Assembly (NCBI GenBank): GCA_964618725.1 | Contig: CAZUBK010000002.1 | Location: forward strand, 209,543-273,542 | DNA length: 64,000 bases | From: an uncultured Pseudomonadales bacterium | GTDB taxonomy: Bacteria; Patescibacteriota; Microgenomatia; UBA1400; Chazhemtobacteraceae | Direction: 5' to 3' | Shown: positions 57,022 through 64,000 of the stretch, piece by piece | How positions within the stretch are numbered: the first letter of the stretch is position 1 | Layout of the letters: the number at the start of each line of letters is the position of its first letter | Notes under the pieces: generated by a model | Told to the model about the DNA's origin: nothing | What the model saw: only the letters and a program-made list of their open reading frames with translations | Databases searched by the model: none | Translations under genes and position numbers: made by a program

Positions 57022-57684
57022 ATGTCAGAGGTATTTGATAAGAGAGAGAGTCGTATAAGGGGAAGTGGGAAGAATCATCCAGTATCGTTGACGAGTGGGA
57101 TGCACGTGAGGCTCAAGCCTGAGGGGGAGGGTTTCTTTTCATCTTTTATGGTTTGGCCAAAGAAACTATCATTTCAGACACAGGAGGAGGGGGAGAGGAT
57201 TGTCTTGATGTTGCGACAACATCCGGTCGTGAATGTGGGTTGGATGGTGGTGTTTTCTTTGATGTTGTTGATGCCAACATTGGTTGAATTTGTTCCTGGT
57301 TTTGAGATTTTGCCAATGCGGTTTCAGGCAATGACTATCGTATTGTGGTATTTACTAACATTGGCATATGCTTTGGAGAATTTTTTGAGTTGGTACTTTA
57401 ATGTATACATTGTGACCGATGAACGAGTAGTGGATATTGATTTTTATAGTCTGATTTATAGCCACGTATCGGTGACAAAGACGGCAAATATTCAGGACGT
57501 GAACTTTAGAAGAATGGGGGTATTCTCAGCGATGTTTGATTACGGCAACGTATATATTCAGACGGCAGGTGAGAGTCGAGAATTTGATTTTGCGAATGTG
57601 CCACATCCATCGAGGGTGGTGGAAATAATTTATCAATTGTTGGAGGAGGAGGAGCAAGAAGCTCTGGAAGGGAGAGTAAGATGA
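57022..57684 (+). CDS. Bacterial PH-domain membrane protein
   Basis: RQHP, two TMs, YIVTDERVVDI, IQDV, DYGNVYIQTAG. Confidence 0.85.
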   Translation: MSEVFDKRESRIRGSGKNHPVSLTSGMHVRLKPEGEGFFSSFMVWPKKLSFQTQEEGERIVLMLRQHPVVNVGWMVVFSLMLLMPTLVEFVPGFEILPMRFQAMTIVLWYLLTLAYALENFLSWYFNVYIVTDERVVDIDFYSLIYSHVSVTKTANIQDVNFRRMGVFSAMFDYGNVYIQTAGESREFDFANVPHPSRVVEIIYQLLEEEEQEALEGRVR

Positions 57685-57911
57685 TTGATTATACGCAAGT
57701 AATTGGAGGATTTGACATTTGGCAGATAGTTAAATGGATATATGTCTTGGCTTTTTTTGTATATTTCCTTTTCTCGGTTATTGTTTGGAGACAGATTGAC
57801 TTGATGGTAAAGACACTAAATGGATCATTACAGTTACCCATGCGGGTATTGGGGGTAGTTTTAGTGTTACTTTCGGGAGCTGTTTTGGGGGTGGGACTAA
57901 TGGTACTCTGA
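57681..57911 (+). CDS. Small two-TM membrane protein (DUF5657-like)
   Basis: Y..FS.IVWRQIDLM.KTL. Confidence 0.7.
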   Translation: MIDYTQVIGGFDIWQIVKWIYVLAFFVYFLFSVIVWRQIDLMVKTLNGSLQLPMRVLGVVLVLLSGAVLGVGLMVL

Positions 57912-57927
57912 AGGTGAGGTAATATTC

Positions 57928-59775
57928 ATGAAGGAATTAGGATTCGAAATACACCAGATAGTTGGAGTTGCCGATGGGAAGCATTGGTCACAAGTGCGGG
58001 TATTTTTGCCGGTAGATGATCAGGAGATTTCGACTGGGGGGGGGTTGATTCTGGTGATGAATCTTTTGGATGGGGGAGAACGGCAAGGGAATGAGTGGTT
58101 AGAGGAGGCGGTGGAACGATTTCAGACTTCGGAAGAAGGAAGAAAAGAGTGGTTACATAAGGAAGTGACTTTTTTTGAAGACAAGATTGGAGGTCAAGGA
58201 GAAATTCTCTTGGTGGTGGTAAAGAAGGAAGGAGAGGAAACAAGATTACATATTTATGGGGACGGTGAAGAAATGATGGTAGGAATCAGACGAGACAGAA
58301 GAAAGGGAAGATTGTGGCCCTTACAGGACCTTCGGCCAATAGATGGAGGCGGGGTAGTAACGGGTAAGTTAATCAACGGAGATGAATTAATAGTGGGAAC
58401 AAAGAGATTCGTGGAAGAAATATGGGAACAACTGAGAGGGGGTGGGGTTGAGGAAAGAACTGATCAGGCGAGACTGATGACGATTAACTCACCTTTAAGT
58501 GGTGACTTGGCGGGGGCTGTTGTGGTAGTAAAAGAAGTGGATAAATTTTCCAAGGATCATCGAAGAGAAGAACTGGTGGAACAAGAGGTAGAGGTGGAAG
58601 ATCGGACGACTAAGGAGCGTGAGCGACGGGAAAAATGGAGGGGATTTGTAGAGAAGCTGAGGGTGGGGGGGAGGCTACCAAAGATAGGAGCGGGTAGATG
58701 GCGAGGAGGAATACTTTTTATAGTGGTGTTGGCTTTGATAGTGAGCATTGGTTTGGGTTGGTGGCAAAAGCAACTGAAAGCTTACACTCAGAGCTACAAG
58801 ATGGTAGCGGATCCAATTGAACAGGCGATTGTGGAAGCGAGGGAATTGAGGGATCTTAATTTTCAGAGATCGAGAGGATTGGTTCTGCAGGCAAGAGATG
58901 ATTGGCAGAAGAGAGGGGATGAGTTCACTAATGGTCGTTTTGCTGATCAATGGAAACGCTTAGGAGAGGAAATTGAAACAGTTTGGAAGGAGGTATCAGG
59001 TGAGAAAAAAGTAGTGGGGGAAACTTGGTTTGATCTGGGGGTTGTAAGAGACGGAACAGAGATCATGGAAATGACAAAAGTGGGGAAAAAACTGGTGGTG
59101 TTAGATGAGAAGGCGGGAGTGGTAGTGGAAGTGGCTATAGAGGATAAAAGTGTAAGAGTGGTTGGAGGAGGAGATTTTGTGTCAACCGGGAGAAGGTTGG
59201 GAGGGGGAGAGGGGAGATTGGTGGTGTTGACTGAGAGTGGAGTGACTTCGGCTGAGATGAAGAAATGGCAGTTTGAGCGAGTGCTAAGTGAAGGAGAAGA
59301 TTGGAGAAGTAAGGTGGATGTGGACGCATATGGAAGCAATGTGTATGTTTTAGACAGAGAAGATCTGTGGAAGTATGCAGGAGACATTGATGGACTTGGG
59401 GTAAAGAGACGCTATTTTGGAGTAGGAGTTGAACCTGATTTGGGTCAGGCAGTGGACCTGGAGATTGACGGGGAAGTGTGGATATTGTTGAACTCGGGAA
59501 AGATTCTACGATTTGATCGGGGGGTAAGTGTTGCTTATGAAATGAAGGGGGTAAATGACTTTGGCAGTGTAGATGAAATGGTGGTAGGGGAAAAAGAGAT
59601 TTATGTTTTAGACAAGGGGAAGGGGAGGGTAGTAAGAATAGAACGGGAAACGGGGGAGTACAAAGGTGAGTTGTTGTGGGAAGGATTTAAGGAAGGGAGG
59701 GGATTGGTGGTTGATGAAGAGGGAGGAAGAGTTTTAGTCGGCAATGAAGGGAAAATCATGGAAGTAAGATGGTAG
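57928..59775 (+). CDS. Membrane protein with degenerate PP2C-like N-terminus and C-terminal beta-propeller
   Basis: Central TM; YGSNVYVLD..LWKY, IDGEVWIL repeats. Confidence 0.7.
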   Translation: MKELGFEIHQIVGVADGKHWSQVRVFLPVDDQEISTGGGLILVMNLLDGGERQGNEWLEEAVERFQTSEEGRKEWLHKEVTFFEDKIGGQGEILLVVVKKEGEETRLHIYGDGEEMMVGIRRDRRKGRLWPLQDLRPIDGGGVVTGKLINGDELIVGTKRFVEEIWEQLRGGGVEERTDQARLMTINSPLSGDLAGAVVVVKEVDKFSKDHRREELVEQEVEVEDRTTKERERREKWRGFVEKLRVGGRLPKIGAGRWRGGILFIVVLALIVSIGLGWWQKQLKAYTQSYKMVADPIEQAIVEARELRDLNFQRSRGLVLQARDDWQKRGDEFTNGRFADQWKRLGEEIETVWKEVSGEKKVVGETWFDLGVVRDGTEIMEMTKVGKKLVVLDEKAGVVVEVAIEDKSVRVVGGGDFVSTGRRLGGGEGRLVVLTESGVTSAEMKKWQFERVLSEGEDWRSKVDVDAYGSNVYVLDREDLWKYAGDIDGLGVKRRYFGVGVEPDLGQAVDLEIDGEVWILLNSGKILRFDRGVSVAYEMKGVNDFGSVDEMVVGEKEIYVLDKGKGRVVRIERETGEYKGELLWEGFKEGRGLVVDEEGGRVLVGNEGKIMEVRW

Positions 59776-59804
59776 TAGGGTGGCTAATGGAGTAAAATGG
59801 TGCC

Positions 59805-60263
59805 ATGAAGGTAGTGAACAAGAGGGCATTACGAGATTTTGAAGTGCTTGAGACGTTTGAGGCGGGAATTGTTTTAAATGGAGGAGAAGTCAAGAGTGTG
59901 AAGCAGGGGTCGGTGAATTTTGCTGCATCTAGAGTAGTAATTGGATCAATGGAAGAAGGTAGGGAGGGGATCTGGTTGGTGGGCATGCTAATTAGTCCAT
60001 ATAAAAATGCACCGCAAGCAGACTATGACTCAACCAGATCACGAAAGTTGTTGTTGAAAAGAGAACAAATAGAGTATTTAGCGACAAAAATGAAGATAAA
60101 GGGTTTGACTGCAGTGCCTTTATCGTGCTATACTACGCGAGATCTGATAAAGATTGAGATAGCCTTGGTGAGAGGAAAAAAGCAATTTGAGAAGCGGGAA
60201 GAGGAAAAGAAACGAGAGGTGGAAAAGAATATTAGGCAAGTAGTTAAAAATCAGGGCAAATAA
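59805..60263 (+). CDS. smpB: SsrA-binding protein
   Basis: NKRA, EAGIVL.G.EVKS, RSRKLLL, RGKKQFEKRE. Confidence 0.97.
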   Translation: MKVVNKRALRDFEVLETFEAGIVLNGGEVKSVKQGSVNFAASRVVIGSMEEGREGIWLVGMLISPYKNAPQADYDSTRSRKLLLKREQIEYLATKMKIKGLTAVPLSCYTTRDLIKIEIALVRGKKQFEKREEEKKREVEKNIRQVVKNQGK

Positions 60264-60266
60264 AAG

Positions 60267-60515
60267 ATGGATAAATTTTGGAGTCAAGTAATGCCTGCCT
60301 GCGTAGCCGATTTCAATTGGGGAGGAGGTTTTTTGACTTTAGGGACAGAAGAGGCATGGGGGAAGTCTTCATTAAAGGATGTTTTGGTGGGACTAGATGA
60401 TGATGAATTCAATTTGTTTTTGGCTAGAGTAGTGATTAAGGCTTCAGGAATGGGCGTTGTAGGAGTGGACTTGACAGAAAAGGTGGCGTGGTTAAAGGAA
60501 CTAAGGAGTAGATAG
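60267..60515 (+). CDS. Hypothetical protein
   Basis: 82-aa ORF 3 nt after smpB. Confidence 0.55.
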   Translation: MDKFWSQVMPACVADFNWGGGFLTLGTEEAWGKSSLKDVLVGLDDDEFNLFLARVVIKASGMGVVGVDLTEKVAWLKELRSR

Positions 60516-60604
60516 TTGCAGTTGAGTTATCTTGTTATGGGATTGATTTTCTTTTAAGGGTATGTTATATTGGTGGAGTCAACAAGGTTGACGAACATTG
60601 ACAT

Positions 60605-61004
60605 GGGGACGACAGGCTTTCGATGGAAAGCGGTTCAACAACGCCGGGTCGCCCTGCTGGTACAGGGCTAAAAGAGACCAGAAAAAAAGCTGAAGACAAA
60701 ATTTTATCAGCCGGTGACTTCTCTCCTCTTTATGAGGAAGAGGTTGCTCCTTCTTACGCTTACGCCTACGCGGCTTAATCAAGAGAGGCTTGTTTGAGAA
60801 GTGCATCTTAGGGCTAACTTAAACGAGGACATCAACTTAGGATTGCAGTCGTTAGAAACGATCGATCTAACGACCAAGAAACTGGATCAGTTCTGAAGGA
60901 GGTTTGCTTGTTTAGACTTCTTCAGAAAATAAAAACAGGCTAGGATCCGTAACAGTTGTATGAATATGTTTTTTCAGACGTGGGTTCGATTCCCACCGTC
61001 TCCA
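60605..61004 (+). ncRNA. ssrA: tmRNA
   Basis: 5' GGGGAC pairs with 3' GTCTCC-A (G3.U); T-arm GTGGGTTCGATTCCCAC; internal tag ORF ending YAYAYAA-stop (60776-60778); near smpB. Confidence 0.95.
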
Positions 61005-61009
61005 CAAGT

Positions 61010-61039
61010 AAAAGAAGAAGGTTAACCCCTTCTTTTTTT
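61010..61039 (+). terminator. ssrA terminator
   Basis: aaaagaag-aaggttaaccc-cttcttttttt. Confidence 0.55.
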
Positions 61040-61054
61040 GGGTTAAGCTTGATT

Positions 61055-61678
61055 ATGGACTGGTTTTTGGATTTGTTGTTTCCTCGAACATGTTTGCTTT
61101 GTACTAAGGCGGGAAGGTTTGTTTGCGAGGCATGTAGACGAGGATTGTCTTTGGTGAGAGGAAAGAGGAAGTTGTGTGCGGAGCTGGAAAAATTGTTTGT
61201 GGTGTTTGATTATCGTCAGCCAGAGGTAAAAAAGCTAATTAAGGCGGTGAAGTATAGATTTTATAGAGGGGTGATTGGGGAGCTGATGCAAGAGATTGTT
61301 TGGGATGAAAGATTAAGGGAAGTTGAGCTAATTGTACCAATACCATTGCATCAAAGGCGAGAAAACTGGAGAGGGTTTAATCAGGCAAGAATAATTGGAG
61401 AAGTGTTGGCTGGGAGAATTGAAGTTTCGGTTTTAGACATATTGATGAGAACAAAAAATACGAGACCTTTAGCAGAGATGAAGAATCGGGAGCAACGAGA
61501 GAGGGAGATATCAGGGGTCTTTGAGGTAAGAAAAGGGGGAATGTCGAAGGGGATAAAAGGAAAAAGAATCTTGTTGGTGGATGATGTATGTACAAGTGGG
61601 GCGACAATGAGGGAAGCCGCAAGGATTTTGAAGGAGAGCGGAGTAGCTGAGGTGTGGGGGTTTGCCTTGGCGGGTTAA
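61055..61678 (+). CDS. comF: ComF family competence protein (PRTase fold)
   Basis: LDLLFP..C..C...C..C, PIPLH..R...RGFNQ, LLVDDVCTSGAT. Confidence 0.93.
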   Translation: MDWFLDLLFPRTCLLCTKAGRFVCEACRRGLSLVRGKRKLCAELEKLFVVFDYRQPEVKKLIKAVKYRFYRGVIGELMQEIVWDERLREVELIVPIPLHQRRENWRGFNQARIIGEVLAGRIEVSVLDILMRTKNTRPLAEMKNREQREREISGVFEVRKGGMSKGIKGKRILLVDDVCTSGATMREAARILKESGVAEVWGFALAG

Positions 61679-61754
61679 GGCGTGTGTTTAACATAGAAAT
61701 GATTTTGCTCCCATAGTAGCTTCGTACTATGGTTTTGATATAAAATATGGTAAA

Positions 61755-61838
61755 GGAGGGTTGGCCGAGTGGTTTATGGCGATAGTCTTGAAAACTATTG
61801 GGCGCAAGTCCGCACAGGTTCGAATCCTGTACCCTCCG
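61755..61838 (+). tRNA. tRNA-Ser(TGA)
   Basis: GGAGGGT/ACCCTCC-G acceptor, atagt-CT-TGA-AA-actat anticodon arm, long variable arm, GGTTCGAATCC. Confidence 0.96.
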
Positions 61839-61904
61839 CCCATTCGACTACGCTCAGGACGTCGCAGTTTAGCTCCGCCCATTCGACTGCTCTCAGGACG
61901 TCGC
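61834..61904 (+). repeat. 32-bp direct repeat x2 starting in the tRNA 3' end
   Basis: ctccgcccattcgact(acg/gct)ctcaggacgtcgc at 61834-61865 and 61873-61904. Confidence 0.9.
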
Positions 61905-61934
61905 GATTCAAGTCCTTAATGCTTCGCCAAGAAA

Positions 61935-61961
61935 CAAGGCAGATGTGGGACATCTGCCTTG
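61935..61961. terminator. Terminator hairpin
   Basis: caaggcagatgt-ggg-acatctgccttg. Confidence 0.75.
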
Positions 61962-61966
61962 AGTGT

Positions 61967-63460
61967 TTATAGTGTCTTTTGGACGGTTCCCGGGAAGCTT
62001 AGTGTTTGATGGACTTTCTTGGTGCGTTCATAAGATTTAATGACGCTAAGAACATCTTCAGTGGAGACGAGATCGGGATCTCGACCGAGACTTTGTTCGA
62101 GGACTTTTTCTTCCAAGACGCGGCGGACGATTTCGGCAATATCGGCGCCACTTAAGCCTTCTGTGGGTGAGGCGATCCTAAGAGGATCGTAATCTTTGCC
62201 AAGAAGAGTTCTGTTGGCAACTTTCTCCGCATTATGGAAGTGGATGCCAAAGATATGCATTATTCCTTCTTTATCTGGGAGGGGAACGTCGATGATGCAG
62301 TTGAAGCGTCCAGCTCGTTGAATGGCGGGGTCGATACTTTCTGGACGATTGGTAGCGGCAACAACCATAATGTTAGGGGAGGAGCTAATCTCGTTGAGAT
62401 TGATGAGTAGGGTGCTGATCACTCTTTGAGTGGCTTCGTGAGCCGTGCCACGATTAGGAGCAAAGGCATCGAGTTCGTCAAAGAAGAGGATGCATGGCCC
62501 TGCTTCTTCACGAACCATATCAAAGACAGCCTGCATGATTTTTTCTGACTGGCTGTACCACATAGAGAGGATATCGGCGATCTTGACTTGAAAGAGGCGG
62601 GCTTTGGTTTCTGAGGCCAAGGCCTTGGCAAGAAGCGTTTTACCGGTGCCTGGAGGGCCAACTAAGAGAACTCCTTGAGGAGGGGTCGTGCCCCAGGATT
62701 GATAGAGATCTAGATGGGTGAGAGCAGAGCTAATTTTAAACATCTCCTGCTTGGCTTCGATTTGGCCGCCAACGTCTTCGAAAGAGATACATGGATTTTC
62801 AATTTCGAGAACTTTCTTGAGAGCATCTTTGGAGATACCGCCATTAAGTTTGGAAAACAAGTCCTCGGCTTCAGTCTGAATGAGTTGGGGACGAAGATAG
62901 AGAGTGATGTCGGGAACTTGACTGGGAGAGATGTAAATTGAATTGACAACAGTTTCCAGGAGAGAGGCAAAACGGTTCAAGTCGGCGGTGAAGGCGTCAA
63001 GATCAGTGATGATTTTGGGGGGAAGACTATAGCTATTATAATCAGACTTGCCGGCCTCGACATAGAGCCAGTTGAAGGATCTTTCAGACCGAATGGTAAA
63101 TTCTTCTCTGTTTTGATTGTCGAGAACGATGATGGTGTCACCGACTTGTTTGATCAAGAAGGATCTTGAGATTTGAGGAGCAGAAATGGGAATTTCCTGG
63201 TGACGTAGATGGTCGTCAGACCGCCTGGCAGAGAAGATGGTGGCTTTCAGAGTATATGACTTGCCGTTACTTTGGCCAGCGACGGTAACTTTTTCAGCCG
63301 GTTGATTGAGGGGACAGCTACCGACCTCGTATGAAGTATGATAACTGTCGCCTTGCATGCTGTGGCGAATCTCGTTGGCGTGTTGAAATTGTTTAAAGAG
63401 TTTATCAATATCTTCTATGACGACGCGGAATTTGTTTTGAGGGGAAGCCCTTTCTTCCAT
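61967..63460 (-). CDS. Classical AAA+ ATPase (Cdc48/PAN-like module) with unrecognised N-terminal domain
   Basis: FEDVGG, GPPGTGKTLLAKALA, FFDELD, AATNRP..IDPA..RAGRF, GLSGADI. Confidence 0.92.
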   Translation of the reverse strand: MEERASPQNKFRVVIEDIDKLFKQFQHANEIRHSMQGDSYHTSYEVGSCPLNQPAEKVTVAGQSNGKSYTLKATIFSARRSDDHLRHQEIPISAPQISRSFLIKQVGDTIIVLDNQNREEFTIRSERSFNWLYVEAGKSDYNSYSLPPKIITDLDAFTADLNRFASLLETVVNSIYISPSQVPDITLYLRPQLIQTEAEDLFSKLNGGISKDALKKVLEIENPCISFEDVGGQIEAKQEMFKISSALTHLDLYQSWGTTPPQGVLLVGPPGTGKTLLAKALASETKARLFQVKIADILSMWYSQSEKIMQAVFDMVREEAGPCILFFDELDAFAPNRGTAHEATQRVISTLLINLNEISSSPNIMVVAATNRPESIDPAIQRAGRFNCIIDVPLPDKEGIMHIFGIHFHNAEKVANRTLLGKDYDPLRIASPTEGLSGADIAEIVRRVLEEKVLEQSLGRDPDLVSTEDVLSVIKSYERTKKVHQTLSFPGTVQKTL

Positions 63461-63558
63461 TTAGAGTCCTTTCTGAAAATGTGCGAACTTATATATTTTC
63501 TTATTATACTTGATTTAAAAGGATCTGCACAGGAACCAATATGTGCTATGGTGAGAAG

Positions 63559-63996
63559 ATGAAGACGACACAGAAGATATCATTGTTTTTGATGAGGGTA
63601 CTGCTTGGATGGATGTATTTGTATGCTGGTGTAACTAAAGTGATGAAGGCTGATTGGACGGCAGGGGGATACATTAAAGGGGTATTGTTGTATCAATGGA
63701 TGTTACAGCCAGAAGTTCTGTCGATAGTTAATTTTATGAATAAGTGGGGACTGACGTTACTGGGTATTTCCTTGATCTTGGGGGTGGGGATGAGGATAAG
63801 TGTGAGATTGGGAGTACTGTTGATGATTTTGTATTACATTCCGGTGATGAAGATGCCGTATGTAGACCAACACGTAGTTTATTCTTTAAGTCTTGTTTTG
63901 TTACTGGTATTTGGGGCGGATAAAGTGTGGGGGATGAGGGGGTGGTTGGAGGAAAAGAGATGGGTGAAGAAAAGCTTTCTTAAGTGGTTGGTTTGA
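63559..63996 (+). CDS. DoxX family membrane protein
   Basis: RVLLGWMYLYAG..K, GISLILG...R; start ATG 63559 is 6 nt after TATGGT. Confidence 0.85.
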   Translation: MKTTQKISLFLMRVLLGWMYLYAGVTKVMKADWTAGGYIKGVLLYQWMLQPEVLSIVNFMNKWGLTLLGISLILGVGMRISVRLGVLLMILYYIPVMKMPYVDQHVVYSLSLVLLLVFGADKVWGMRGWLEEKRWVKKSFLKWLV

Positions 63997-64000
63997 ATTC

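Noticed and set aside
60579-61054. ORF 60579..60806 and the 5' extension of comF from 60956
   Set aside because: Both overlap the tmRNA or its terminator
61769-61972. 67-aa ORF
   Set aside because: Overlaps tRNA-Ser and its downstream repeats
61834-63500. Prophage or island integrated at tRNA-Ser
   Set aside because: No integrase or phage genes, and the duplicated tRNA end is only 39 bp away

Overview
Chromosomal window of a Patescibacteria (CPR) bacterium, most likely Microgenomates. This assignment is an inference from gene content and pervasive leaderless genes; the genetic code is standard code 11. The window holds the rpmH-rnpA-yidD-yidC-jag / dnaA-dnaN region with an oriC-type DnaA-box/DnaA-trio element, plus groES-groEL (with CIRCE), tsaD, valS, rplY, rnhA, smpB, tmRNA, tRNA-Ser(TGA), comF and two type II TA modules. 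It also carries the CPR T4SS-like machinery: nine tandem VirB2-like pilins, a VirB6-like gene, PrgI, VirB4 and two large secreted proteins, with a distant VirD4-like ATPase fused to S1 and degenerate Nudix domains. The most striking pattern is two classes of gene start. Core genes have a -10 box about 6 nt before the start codon (leaderless). Scattered single accessory genes instead have -10 box, boxA-like motif, Shine-Dalgarno, ORF and usually a GC hairpin, and twice a gene is bounded by two copies of the same hairpin, suggesting a cassette-like gene acquisition and expression system. Also notable: an unannotated 50-aa RHH gene in the T4SS cluster, an 87-bp nested palindrome, and no apparent GC-skew reversal at dnaA-dnaN. 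All calls are by eye from motifs; no database search was run.
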